From Camelus dromedarius (lineage: Eukaryota), in assembly GCF_036321535.1 (NCBI RefSeq), contig NC_087436.1:36458001-36522000 (forward strand): 64,000 nt of DNA, given 5' to 3'. Position 1 is the stretch's first letter. Each line of letters begins with the position of its first letter. Of the stretch, positions 25,240-38,479 are shown piece after piece. The position numbers were made by a program, and so were the translations under genes. The notes beneath the pieces are model-generated. The model did no database searches and was not told the origin of the DNA. It was given only the letters and a program-made list of their open reading frames with translations.

Positions 25240-26300
25240 AAAAAGTAGACATTTTGAAGAAAATGATTTTTATCTGAAAACCTAGGTTACCAGCTAAATT
25301 TGACTGAATTAAAGTTAGATCAAATATCTGAATATGAAAAAAATGAAGGTACTAGAAGAAAACATGAATTGATACTTGCATAATCTTGGGACTGTTAAAG
25401 ACCTTTCTAATAAATATATGAAGTCCAAAGGTCACAAAAACTTTTGGCATAAAAATTTAAAACATCTATATAGGAAAGAGAGAGAGAAGGAAAGAGGAAG
25501 AGAAGAAGAAAATGAGGACAATAGACAAATTAGGAAACAAAATTTGCAATACATACAGCAGACAAATGCTAAACTAGCCTTAACATACAAAAAATTCATC
25601 AAAATCAATAAGGAAATCATTAAATTCCCAATAGAAAAAGAAGATAGAATTAGGAATTCACAGAAGAAAAATACAAGTAGCCAAATAAACATATGAAAAG
25701 ATGCTGAAATTTAGTAACAATGAAAGAAATTCAAATCAAAATAACAAGATAAAATTTTCACCCATCACACTGGCATGTGTTGAAAGATTAATAATATCCA
25801 GCACTGGCAAAAGTAGAGGGAAAAAGGCACTCTCCTACTCTGATAGTGGAAATATAAAATGGTACCATCTTACTGGAGGGCATTTGACAATAGTCCTTAA
25901 AATTTTTAATATGCCTTTCCTCTGACCTGACAGTTCCACTTCCAGGGATTTACTCTGCACATATTGCAAAGATGTGTGCATAAAAATATTATTGTAGAAT
26001 GTCTGTAAACAAATTTAAATATCCAAATAGAAATATTAGATAAATAAATTATGGTATAGTTATACAATGAAATACTAGAAGTTCTGGGGAAAAAGGAAGT
26101 AAAGATATAAAAAGAATTATAGAGCATATTATTAGATGAAATGATGATGTGTATATTATGATCCTATTTAAATAATTATATATTCATACATAGAAAAAAT
26201 CTAGATGAATATACATAAACCATTAACAGCAATCTTTTCTGGTGAGATTATTTTATTTCTGTACTGCTTGAATTTTTAACCAGGATGTATTTCTTTTGTA
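25240..26300 (+). mobile_element. Ancient L1 (L1ME-like) ORF2 end and 3' UTR
   Basis: aaggtactagaagaaaacatg, ccaaataaacatatgaaaagatgct, ctgacagttccacttccagggatttactct, aataaattatggtatagttatacaatgaaatact. Confidence 0.75.
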
Positions 26301-26619
26301 AATTTCCCCTCAAAAAAACCCAAAACAGCAAAACTATATAAATATTTCATTATTCCTTCAGTATCTGCTTCCTCCTTATTTCTCTCTAGGGAGTCTTTCT
26401 AGGAGACAAGAATCAGTGGAGAAGTGGAGAAGAAATTCTGTCATTTTCTCTATTTCCCTCTCCAACCAAGGACTCTATGAACTTTCATATTTATAATCCA
26501 GCAAACAGAAAAAGAAAGGTGGGGAAGAGGCTATCTCCAGTCCTACATGCTCAATCTTCACTTATGCTCAAGGAAAATACGATCCAGTAGTGTGCTCTTC
26601 AGAGAGAACAGTGTATGCC

Positions 26620-26790
26620 ATGCAGCCTTGGGCAAATTTCCTAATGTTTCCTAACCTCAGTTTCTTCCTCTATAAAATTGTCGTAATAATATCTAGTTAT
26701 TAGAGTGACTGTAGGGATGAAATGAGTCTAAGTGCCTGGCACACGGTAACTACCAAGTGGTAGTTGCTTTTATCATCACTACTTGTTATC
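26620..26790 (+). mobile_element. MIR SINE
   Basis: gccttgggcaaatttcctaatgtttcctaacctcagtttcttcctctataaaatt...gtgcctggcacacggtaa. Confidence 0.8.
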
Positions 26791-29700
26791 AACCGTGCCT
26801 CTAAGGGTCAGACTGTGCCTATGGAATTCACTGTGCATTTTATTTCACTCAGCTCTAAATATAAATGGACATCTAATAAATGTTTCTTGACAGCTATGGC
26901 TACATAGCTCCAAATGACTGCTGTACATGTCAGTTTAAAGGAATAGTGAGTCTTGTTATATTTTTCAATTTGGAGACTCTGCTTTTACAGGCTGATCCTA
27001 AGAAATTGGACCTTGTTCAATAAAAGACTTCATACCATAAATGCTAGAATTGCCCAGGACTGACTAGCAGTGCCCTGAGAGCGAACAGATGAGATACAGA
27101 GATGCAAAGGTAAATCTCTCTGCAGGCAGAGCAGTGAAGAGGGGTAGAGAGGAAGAAACTGAGTTTGCATAAACCCCAACCCAATCTTCCTTTCAGTTTA
27201 CTCATTGTGATTTCACTAACGATAAAAAGCAGACCTGTCTTTACTGACTAGCCTCCTTGCCGCCCAAAGAAAAGTTAAACACAATCTTTTCAGGTTTGAA
27301 ATCTTAGAAAGTTTTTGTCGTTGATAATTCTTGTCAAAAGAAAGGTACAAGCAGTCCTAACTTAACAAACCTTTTAAGAATTTGATTCTAATCTTCTTGA
27401 TTGTGTGCATGAGATACATCTTTTTGCATGACTAAAAAGATCTGTTACAGGGAAAAGAGACTGTTTTTGAATATGCGCAGGGGATTCCTGATATGATCAA
27501 ACCAGCAGACTATGTTTTCTTGGGTTTGTGATTTTTAGATGGAATTTCATATCCTCTACAGTGAACTTCCTTGCCTTCGTTGATGGCTTCTAATCTTAAT
27601 GCCATTAAAAATTGAGGTTTTCTTTTTTTTTAAATATGATTCTGAATGTGGAAAAACAAATTGCTTGCTCATTCTCATTTTCAGTGATGGAAGGTATGAC
27701 TGAAGTCATTGTGGTGCACACACCTCCTTTACTTTCAGTTTTTCCTTTGTTAAGATATGGAAAGTAATAAAGACAGTAATTTGAATAAAGGTGGGAAGAC
27801 CAAGTCTTGGGCAAATTTCTCCATTGCTTTTGCTTATATTATCAAGTTGGTGTGAATAAAAACTCCAGATTTTTAAGGTAAAATTAATACCAGGATTTCA
27901 GCATTTCTTTCCATTATATCAACTCTCTAATCAACCTCCATCTTTCCCTCTTCAGAAGGGGAAATACACTTTTTTGAAAAAAAAATCCATTTTTTTCCAA
28001 GGGTTTAACTTTAAAAAAAAATTTGTATCAATCATGAGCCTGTCAAAAACTGAGAGCTATGAATGCACTGAGAATACTTCAGGGCAAAAATTCACATTTG
28101 ATTCAAATTAAACTTTTGTTTTTGTATGTGAATCTCAAAATTATTACAAATACCACCCAGCACAGAAAATAGTGTTTCTTAATTCACAATGCATAGTAGG
28201 ACCATCTAGTTTAATCCTCATATTCCACAGGTGAAGTAGCAGAGTGTGAAATATCTCAAAAGACTAGTGCACAGCAAAGAGATACATGGCATCGGAGTGA
28301 ATTCTTTGGCCTCTATTTCCCAGTGTTCCAGCTTATTCTCCTGCGTTAATAGGGAGGCAGCTCAGTAGCAGGAGCTGAGGGTAGAAGAAAGATGGGTATT
28401 TGCCAAAGGCTTGGCTAGAAAAAGTATTGCCAGACTAGAAAATCTAGCCCAGAATAGTCCAAGGGGGCCAGGTGGATGAGGATAGCTGAGGTCTGGAGAC
28501 GGACTCAAATCAAAGAACCAGGAATCACAGGACAAGAACTAGTGAGTGGCACCAGCCAAAGAGGAGACAATTTGGATTGATTCCAAAGACCTGTGTGAAT
28601 GGACCCAGCTTATTAAAGAGACCAAAGTAAGGCAAACAATCATATTAACTTTTATTATTAAAACCCAGAATTACTTAGTATTTTAGGACTTATAGTTAAA
28701 AGTATAAATCTGCAACCTCATTTGAGTCCTAACTTACAGTGGACAATAATCTTATAACAGAAGGTGAGTGAGACCTTTCCTTCTATGTGTATAACCCATA
28801 TAACAGGCTTTCTCATTTCAGAGGCACGAAAGTAGTCATAGTTCTCTCATTTTAGCAGTTAATTGTTTTAGCCTCACCTACAAGTTATTACATGTCCAAT
28901 ATCTCAATCTTGAGCCCTCCCCCACTTCCTCCACCTACAACTGACATAAACTATCAAAAAAATCAGGTGCCTACTTAGTTCAAGAAGGTCAGTCTTGATT
29001 CCACACACCAAGTGGAAGAGACTCTTGCTTTGGCTGCTGCCATGGATCCCAGACAGGCCAGTGGATGTTGTCTCCTGGTGAACCGATGCTCTTGCTGTTT
29101 CAGAACAGGCTGAGGTACTGCCACACTTGGCTTTAAGGAGAGAGCCAGCCAGTCCACACGTTCACAGTCTTTGTTCCAAAGGCTCAGCTCTAGGCCAGAG
29201 GGGCTCCTGGGGAAGCCCTCCAGCCTCAGCCAAGTGGAACAGAAATCTCCCTTGCCCCATGAATCCAACAGAACAGGCTCCTCATACCTTATGGTGCGCT
29301 GCCCGAGGCCCTGCTATCCTTTCAACCTGTAGGAACATCTCAGAACCATCGCAATCCATCAGAAACTTTCAAATGAACTGAATTTAAAAAGGATTCCTTC
29401 CTACTTTCGCTCAGGAGGTTGCTTGGCAACAATGCAAATTTACCTCCCTCTTCTCCAGCAACCAGCACATCAAGGGGTCTTGAGAGATGTTTTATGGTCA
29501 GGCCATATTAAGACTGTTTCACCCTTTTCCTGGGGCAATGGGTGCCTATGTGTGTTTTGCCTGCATAACCATTAGGGATTACTCAAATGACTATCCTGAA
29601 AAAGAAGACCCACTGTGCCCACCTACACCAGCGAAGTGCTTCAGCTTTAAGTGCTGCCTCGAGTTCTTACATTTCTATCCCACTAAACACTTTGTTATAT

Positions 29701-31483
29701 CTGAAACCTCAACTTTAAATTCATGGAAAGCAAAGTGGGCTTGGCACCTTATGCTACACTGATTTTGCAATTCTAGTATGTCTAAGCATGTCCACAAAGC
29801 CAGCAGGGTGATCCACAATGGACATATTTACCTAAAGGACTGAAGAGCTTTCTGGGAAGGAAAAAACTCATCCACACATACACAAGAGTCAACATCCTCA
29901 AGTTTGGTCCAAGAACAAAGGATCACAGTAGATTGTGGGGAGGTAAAAAAGAGGGAGTGTAGACCAAAGTGTTTATTACCAAGATTATCTTTCAACACAA
30001 CTTTCATGGATATAAGTTTGTGTTCGAGGCTGAAGGGGCTGCAATAAAGTGTGAATAAAAACTGAAAGAGCTATGAAATAAACTGAGCTTTGCAGATCTT
30101 AAGAAATCCAAGGCAGTGCTTTCCAGCGGGAAGTCGAGAGAGAAGATAGTTTTGTCCAGAGTTCTGGTCAAAGCCAAAAGGACTTTGACAATGGTGGCTG
30201 CTTCAGGACACCACCACGCTGAGCTGGAGAAGAGGGTAGGAATGGAAAAGACTACCTGTGAGCAGAGTGAGTTGGCAAACACAAGTGACCTCCTTCCCGG
30301 GCCTTTCAGAATTAACTCAAAGGAATTTCTGTGAAGCCGGTAGAAGTACAGCAAGAGAAATACTGTTTGTGACTGTTATTGTGACGATGCTTGTACCCTA
30401 GTCCTGACTGGGGACACAAAGCCTACAATATAGCTGAAGCATGAAAATTTATTCCATGGAAATCTGCCAGGTCTTCTGCATTCCATCTGCTTTCTATAGA
30501 TAAAAATATTTCCAAAAAATTTTTGACAGGAATCCCTATAAATAATGGCATCTGCTTGGGGGATGCAGGGAGGAGAAATCAATCTGGAAAATGGGCCTGA
30601 ATTATTGGGTGAAAATAAAACATTAGAAACTGAATGATGATGATCATCTGGCCTTGTCTATGGTAATATGTATTCATGATTTGAGACTCAAGGTTCTAGC
30701 AGGTGCTCTCTGTCTCGAAACTTTTTACCACATGGAAATGTCAACCTCTGGGATATTTGCTTGCAAACTTCTCTTGAAAAGAGTCTGTATATCAAATCCT
30801 GAACTTGCATGTTTTTATTGCTTGTATTAAACCAAAGAATTTACCTGTCTCTTTGTGATGATTTTGACCAATGTTACATTTTCCTTTTTCAAGAGCTGTT
30901 CGTTTGATTTTTTTTGCCTTTTTTTATTGAATAATCTTTTAGAATATCCTCTACTTTTTCCATCTTATTTTTCTTTTATCTTTCTTTTGTAAGTGGAAAA
31001 GAAGAACACACAGAAGAGTATTAGGTATGAGGACAATCAATGGCCTGTGAAGGGAAGGCTGAAACTTTTTCTCCTCAAAAGAGAATAGTGTTTATTGTTA
31101 TTGTTACTATAAAGGTAATATTGCTTATGTCAAAAATTCAAAAAATAGAAGGATATAAAAGTAAAACTTATTCACAAATCACACTTTTCAAAAGATAATC
31201 ACTATCAACATCCTAGTAAATGACTTATACGTGTCTCCTCATGTAGATACATACAGACAGACAGGTGAACAGACAGAGAAGGAGAGAGACTGTGCATGAG
31301 CCTTTCTAGGTCCTTCAAGAAAAACCTGGTGCTGCCCCTTGAACCAATACTTAACTGTTGTCATCTAGGAGAGATAGACAGATAAGCAAACCCTGTGTTT
31401 CAAAATTACCCATAACGGAGCAGCTCCACAGATCAAATTAACCACACAGGATAGCCCTAAAGATCGCTCAGGAAAATTGCCAG

Positions 31484-31589
31484 AACCGCACTGTTATCTT
31501 GTTTCCAGAACAATTCAGAACATCTATGAGGAAACTCATAAACTATAAAGCATCATGTTTGACGTACATAATCACCTGATAGGGGCCAC
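31484..31589 (+). repeat. Unique-sequence direct repeat, copy 1 (partner 32630-32729)
   Basis: cactgttatctt.tttccagaacaattcagaacatctatgaggaaactca...cacctga.aggggccac is shared; 7 substitutions and 2 small indels. Confidence 0.92.
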
Positions 31590-32629
31590 AGCTCCTGAGT
31601 GGCTCAAAAGACCACAGAAGTGGGTAGGGAGCACTTCTACTTGGGAGAATACTTTAACTCATTTCCCTGCATCTGATATTGCAAGTCCAAGTCGTTTCAG
31701 TTTACCTCTATATTTGGAGAAGACATCCTAGAAAGACTCTTAACAAAACTTCTGGAATCCACTGGATGCTGGTTTTCATCCAGAATAAACTGACTTACTT
31801 CCCATCAAAGCAGAAATTTAAAAACAAACCATAAAAGAAAACAAAACAGAACCAAAACTTTCATAAACAGGGGAAGAGGACAGGTGCTGGTATAATCCCC
31901 AACAAAGCTTTCAGTATAGGAATGCTGTTCCCCCCTAGTGCAGAGTAGAAAGAGCTGGACTTTGGGGTCACACAGTTCTAAGTCTGAACCACTTTCTTGC
32001 GGAGTCTGAATTCAGATCACTCAGTATCAGAACCAGCAGACAACAGTGTAGGTAGAAGCCAAGAGACAGCGAGAGTGGGCAGGAAACAGAAGCCATAGAA
32101 GAACAGAAGCCATGACTAAACAAAAGGTGTAAAGGAAGTAAGGTCAGCTCACTGTCAGCAGTAGAAGACACAGAGACATAGACAAGAAGTAGCCTACCTG
32201 GTGGAGCTTAGTCTACTATGGAGCAGCAGGCACTTGCTGAGAAAAATATAAAACTGCCTGTCACTAGAGCAAGCACTGTACCCTGAATGAGCTCTCCATG
32301 CCTGTTTTTGAGGTCTGAATGAATGATGTAGTTGTTTCTAAAATGATGATCACATCTTCATTAGACAACTATACCTGAGTGGACCTAATCTGCTGCATGC
32401 CCTTACCTCCTGAGGTAACTACACACATTCCTTATAACTCGGAAGGGCTGGAGCAACCCAGCACCCTTCTGCTGGTTGTCCTGGAACTCTGAATAGCCTG
32501 TGTGAAAGCCTATACATTTTCCCGGCACAAAGATACTGTCAGCAGTTCTGGTCCCAGCCAAAAAGGCTCACTTGAGAGAAAACGTGTCATTTACAAATTG
32601 AAAAAAAAGTTAAATCATCAGTAAGACAT

Positions 32630-32729
32630 AACCACACTGTTATCTTATTTCCAGAACAATTCAGAACATCTATGAGGAAACTCAAACTACAAAGCACCAT
32701 GCTTGACATAACCACCTGACAGGGGCCAC
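32630..32729 (+). repeat. Unique-sequence direct repeat, copy 2 (partner 31484-31589)
   Basis: See copy 1. Abuts a 5'-truncated MLT1 LTR. Confidence 0.92.
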
Positions 32730-33032
32730 TGGATCAGGGTGAGCCCTAAACCCATTGACTGGTGTCTTACAAGAAGGCCATGTGAAGACAGAGAAGAGAG
32801 TACCATGTGAATACAGAGGTAGAGACTGGACTAATTTGTCTGTAAGCCAAGAATACCAAGGATTGCTAGCAACCACCAGAAGCTAGGAGAGAGTAAGAAT
32901 TAGATTCTTTCTCAGACCTAACTCTGCTGAAATCTTTATTTTAAAAACCTAAAGGCTAAAATAATATATTTTTGTTGTTTTAAGCCAACAGGTGGGTGGT
33001 ATTCTGTGACAGCAGCCCTAGGAAACTTAACA
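32730..33032 (+). mobile_element. MLT1 (MaLR) LTR, 5'-truncated
   Basis: tggatcagggtgagccctaaacccattgactggtgtcttacaaga...taagccaagaataccaaggattgctagcaaccaccagaagctaggagag...tgttgttttaagcca...agcagccctaggaaacttaaca. Confidence 0.85.
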
Positions 33033-33239
33033 CACATCCCAATCTCCAAACAAAAAGAAATCCACCTGAGGAGTTTTTCCAAAGAGATAGTTAAAAATAT
33101 GGAAATATTCGTATCACAAACATGTCCATCATGGTGTTAATTTTAAATGGGAAAAAATAGGAAATAATAAAAAAAACACAGTAATCCCAAATGGCTAAGT
33201 AAATTATGCTTATGAAGACTATATATCATAAAAAATGCT

Positions 33240-33702
33240 TTTGATGGTTAATTTTATGTGTCAGCTTGACTGGGTTGTGGATGGCCAGATATCTGTTACC
33301 CATTCTCAGTGTTTTCTGTGAGGGTGTTTCTGGATGAGAATAACATTTGAATCAGTGGAGTGAATAAAGCAGAATGCCCTTCCAAGTGTGGGTGGGCCTA
33401 ATCCAATAAATAAAACAAAAAGGCTGAGTAAGAGGGAATTCCTCCCGCTTGACTGCTTGAGTGGAACATTGGTCTTTTCCAGCCTTTGGACTTGGACTGA
33501 AACATTGACTCTTCTTGGGTCTTAAGCCTGACAGCTTTCAGATTGGGGCTACACATTGGCTCTCCTTGGTCTCCAGCTTGCTGGCTGCAGCTCTTGGGAC
33601 TTCTCAGCCTCAATAATTGGGTGAGCCAATTCTTCTCTCTCTCGAGTCTCAATACTCCCCTCTCTCTCACATATGTTTCTCTGGAGAGCCCTGATTAGTA
33701 CA
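33240..33702 (+). mobile_element. MLT2-type solo LTR (ERV-L), inserted in an old L1 fragment
   Basis: tgatggttaattttatgtgtcagcttgactgg...ctctggagagccctgattagtaca; 5-bp TSD ATGCT (33235-33239) / ATACT (33703-33707); same family as 11160-11581. Confidence 0.88.
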
Positions 33703-34221
33703 ATACTTATGATATAATAATTTGTGAAAAAGATTCAAGGATAATTTTATGTACTGTATGATTACAAGTATGTAAAATATGACAATCTAAAAGACTGGAA
33801 AGAGAAGTAAATGTTATTAATGGTTAGGTCAGGTCAAGGCCTTAAGAGAGTTTTCTTCTTTTTCAAAATGTTAGTAATGTACTCATATTTCTTAGATAAT
33901 TTAAAAAATGTACCGTTTTTAAATGGTCAACTGTATTATCATCAAAAGACTAGCTAGGATAGTTAATATACATATGAAATGTCATAAAGAATGTGCTACA
34001 TCTTCATATTCTAGATTCTCCAAGCTTTATTATTTCTACTTCAAATCCTGTACTGATGGACTCTATTTTTCAAACTTTATATTGAGTATTTTGACTGAGT
34101 GCCCATTGCTTCTTCTGAGGACCTATAAGAGATGAGGAGGTATGGAATATTTCTGAATTTTCTACTAAGGATACTGTCATTAGGAGCTAGAAGAAAGTTT
34201 GCCTCTCTTTGTGAAATACAG

Positions 34222-34345
34222 GTTCTATGAGAACAAGTCTATTTTGTTCATCATTGTCTCCCAGCCCTAACTCAGAATCCAGCACATGGGAAGTGCTCAA
34301 TAAATATTTGTGAGCTGAAAGAATAAATGAATAATTGAAGGAATG
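34222..34345 (+). mobile_element. L2 3' end
   Basis: ttttgttcatcattgtctcccagccct...cagcacatgggaagtgctcaataaatatttgtgagctgaaagaataaatgaat. Confidence 0.8.
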
Positions 34346-34859
34346 AACTTTAGATAATAAAAGCTGGGTACCTCTCAGTCCATGCAGTAATTTTTCTTAG
34401 ATTAGGTTTTCTGAATTCATTGGTCTGTTTCTCTTTTCTTCCTTTACTTTCCTTTATGTCTTGGTTCCTATCTTTTTCCTCTACTTATGATGAACTTAAC
34501 TTTTATTTTAGCTATTCTTTTATGGTAAATTGTCTCATGAAATTTTGGAAAGTAGAATGAATGCAAAATAAATAATATTTTTAAGTAATTAATTGTAAGT
34601 ACTAATTATTTTAAACTTTAAGCTATGTGTTTTAAGTATTAAGCTATACAGCATTCTTAATTAAAAAAAATCATACCATAATAAACCTAAAATCATATTG
34701 AGATCAGAGAACTGACTTTATAATTCTTTATATGCTACATAGCATTTAGCACAGGACACTGAACATTTCATGTGCTTAATTCTCAGCTGATTTCATTTTA
34801 ATATACCTGCTATTTAAATGCTATAAATATCATTAAAATTGTTAAAAAATTTGTTCAGA

Positions 34860-35240
34860 AAATGAATGGATTATTTTTAAGAGGATGATTAAATAAATTT
34901 GATAGTCATTTGATGAGATATAAAATCATCTTAAAATATGTTTTTAAAAATATGTATTTGCCTGAGGAAATAGTTATAATATACTGTTGGGTGAAAAAAG
35001 CAAAATACAAAATCACGTACATAGTTATCATTCCAATATTGTAAGGGGCATGAACACACATAAATTGAGAGAGGCAGAGAAAGAAGTGGGACATTGGAAA
35101 GAATGCATCAAATTGTTAGAGAGGATAGTTGTGGGACATGGGGCTATAATTTTTGTCTTCTTTGTATTTTTTATATTTTTCAAAATCTCTACAATGAACA
35201 TGTAGTATTTTTTAATCAGAAGGAAAAAATAATCAACTTT
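34860..35240 (+). mobile_element. Ancient L1 (L1ME-like) 3' UTR
   Basis: atactgttgggtgaaaaaagcaaaatacaaaa...tttttcaaaatctctacaatgaacatgtagtattttttaatcagaa. Confidence 0.65.
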
Positions 35241-37619
35241 AAAAAGAAAAGCTCTGAACTCTACTGCTGGGTACAAGGGATTCAAAAATGCATTTGTGTG
35301 AAGAGATCTAAGTTGGGCTCTTTCTGGAAAGAGCAAAATAAACCAAATAACTTTCAGGATTTCCTTCTCTTTCCCCTTTGTAGCATCTTTAAGATTCACT
35401 CCCGAGCAGCCAATAACCTATTCAGGAAATCAGGGATCGTTTTTAAAATCAAGCACACTTGATTTTCTCCCCTGTAATATACAGTACTAAGAGACTGTTA
35501 GGATGTCAACAGCTGTTGAAGGATCCAGAAAACAGGGCTGATTCTGAGTATAGCATATAGTTATATGCCCAACACTGTGACTGAAAATAAAAACAAAACA
35601 ACAAAACACCTTTACAAGAATTCTGCCATTCCAAACAATCCATGCCTATTTTGAACTTAAGTCTCTTGGCCAAAATCTGAAGAACTTGGAGAAGAAGAGC
35701 ACAGGGAGTTTTGGATACATGTAAAAGCCTATCACCACTTAGTTTCTTTGGTTCTAGACACTTCCTACTCCCTAATCCTCATTGCCTTGGAAGCTGTATC
35801 TGTTCAAAAGAGTAGTGTGTGGATCTCTGATGCTTACTTTCTATTTGTCTATCACCTCTCTGTATGAATGTCCAGTTTCCATCAAAAAATGAATATATAT
35901 ATCATTTTCCCTCAAGCTCCAATTGTGAAAATCCATTGACCAGTTCCCCAGACTCAGAAATCTAGAATAATTTTCTACTTCTCTTTGCCTTGGAACAGAA
36001 CCACTAATGTGTGCATGTGGTGGTGGCGGGAGGGGGTGGAATTTCATGGTAGGATTTAAGAAGCGGTCTCAGAAGGAAAGTTCATATGCTCTGTTCTGAC
36101 AGAGAAGACAATAGGAACTGAAGGCAACAGAAGAAAATTACCCATTTGCTGCCTTGGTTCCAAGTAGCTCTGCGATTTCAAGGAGGCTAGACTATTTCTG
36201 AGTCACCAGGAGGCCATCAGTCTTTTATTCTGGTCACAGTAGGGCAAGCCTAAGAATGGTGGCAGTATGGGAAGTAGGCCTCCCAGTCTTGCCCTATTCT
36301 GCATCGAGCTCCTAGATTCTGTGGGAACAAAGCAGGACCTAATGAACGCCAAAAATGAAGTTCCCTTTACTATAATCCCATGTCCCTCTACTGCAGCCTT
36401 TTCACACCCACTGTCCAGTGAGATATAGAGAGAAGAGAGCTGAAACAAAGAAGAGGGTAACTCTTGAGGCTTAGGCAGGGAGGCAAAGTCCTCTCCACAG
36501 TCTGACAGAGCTTGCCAAGCCTAAAAGAACAGAGGCCACTTTGGGAGGCAGGGGAGGAAAGGGAGGCTTAGGGAATCCCTTTTTCCTCACATGGACGCTG
36601 TGAGTTTTGAGAATAGATCATGAAGGCTGTTTGTGGGGTAACAAGAAATCTGGTCCACCACAGCTTCCTGCAGCATCAATTGTGATTCAATTTCCAAACT
36701 AACTGGACTCCTATGAACAGGAACTCAGGAAGTTGAGCTAAAATCCACAAAGTAGCAGGGGGCCATGGAGAGCATACAGTCTTCCAAGGTCAGGAAAGTC
36801 ACCACAGGTAGACAGCCTGAAGCACTCTGACAGGATGGGGCAACTGGATTGGGCATATCTAGATCCTTATGGCTATCACCAGCTATGAACTCATTTCTAG
36901 CTTCTGGAAGAAAGTAAGTTACTCTGCACTAAACTGAATATGCTTACATACTTTATCTAGCTGTCAGTGTACAACAGACATTGTATTTGGTTTACCCAGA
37001 CCCCATCTCCACAGTCACCTACCAACTAGAGGTGGCCAGGGTCATTAGTTCTACATGTAAGTAAGATCACTCTTCCCTGCACTTCCTGCTTAAAATATAA
37101 ACTTGATATTTGGAATTGTGGCAACCGTTTTGCCACCATATCATATATACATAAAAATTATATATATATAAAAGAATCAGACATTAACCTTGACATTGCA
37201 TTGTCAAGCTAATGAGTCAACACAAGCAAGTACATATGACCAGATTTCTTATATGACACAAATAGTATCCTATCTGTTTAAGCCACTATATTGGGGTTAT
37301 GCTACTTTCAACCTTAAAGCTTTCCTAAATGATACAGGGAGTCTGGTTAGCTTTATTGAATTATTAAAGTGTTGGTTGTCGACAATAACTTAAGCCAAAA
37401 GTGAAATGACAAATGCATAGTTTTGTCAATCAGTTTTTCTGCCAATATCTACTCATGCATGCAATAGTTTTCACTCTAAGATCTGTAGGAGAGCAATGGG
37501 AGAAACTTGGCTAGCACTGAAAGAAGAGGTATTAGGGAGTGAAGATCTTCATTTGCTTATGAGTGCACACTGTAAAAGGCTTGGCTGTAGAGCATATCAA
37601 AGCTACAACATCCATTCTA

Positions 37620-38430
37620 TCTCAGAGGGTCAGTATAAGCCAATCACAATAAGACTATCATCCTTGGAACTGGTTAATTGGGGGATGGGCAGGCCTAAGA
37701 CAATTTAGGTCAAGAACCTACTTAAGTTTCTGGGAAAAGGAGCTAGTTTCACTCTCCTGTTGGATATAAACAAGGAAGTACATTATTTTAGTTGCTGCTG
37801 GCAGCCATACTATGTTCATGAGAGTAAGTAGTCTTAGCAGGAAGCCATCTCTGGCAGAAGAGAATGTGGATCCTGGATGACATCTCGACGGTGCTGAATC
37901 AGTTGGCTCAGAAGTCATCCCTACTTTTAGACTTCTTAATATATGAAATAAATGTCCTTGGTATTCAGGCCAATTCGAAGCAGGGCTTCTGTTACTTAAA
38001 GCTGGGGGTATCCTATCTGATACAGAATTTAGTACCTGAAACTAAAGTGCTACAAATCTTAGACTCTAAAATGTGACGTGAAATTTCTTGAGTAGAGAAT
38101 GTGGGACTAATAACAACAGGCACCCTGCTATTGTTTCTCATTGAGAAGTTCTAGAAACTTGCTTGGGAAAAAGTTGGTAAAACTCTTTTTTACCTTGGGG
38201 GCTGACATATGACTATTAAAGCTGTAGTATTCAAGGAAATTATAGGAAAAACTAGGGATGTTAAAATGAATCAGCTACTTCTTGCTGCCTCAGTAGAATC
38301 CTGTAATAGAGAGAAGCAGGGACTAAAGATGGCCCATCTGATAGCAGAAAAGGAAGAAAATAAGAGAGGCCTTTTCTGTCTATGGCATATAATCTAAGTT
38401 TGTTGAGAGCCCAATAATTTTGAGTTTTGC
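37620..38430 (+). mobile_element. Old MLT1 (MaLR) LTR plus start of internal sequence
   Basis: gagaatgtggatcctggatgacat...tatgaaataaatgtcctt...ttctgttacttaaagctggggtatcctatctgataca, then PBS-like gaatttagtacc. Confidence 0.6.
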
Positions 38431-38479
38431 AAGTTAAAAACAGAGAAACCAAAACAACACCAAAGATTTTTTTCCCCCA

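Noticed and set aside
30004..30354. Overlapping 116-aa (-) and 72-aa (+) ORFs as a hidden gene or processed pseudogene
   Set aside because: Non-ATG starts, no recognisable protein similarity, no poly(A)/TSD or splice structure. A BLASTX hit would be needed to reconsider.
31484..32729. Direct repeats as LTR pair or CRISPR-like array
   Set aside because: Only two ~100-bp copies, no TG...CA termini, PBS, PPT or TSD, and no spacer array; eukaryotic context.
36015..36050. G-quadruplex or GC-box (ggtggtggcgggagggggtgg)
   Set aside because: Only two runs of three or more G; isolated and not in a CpG island.
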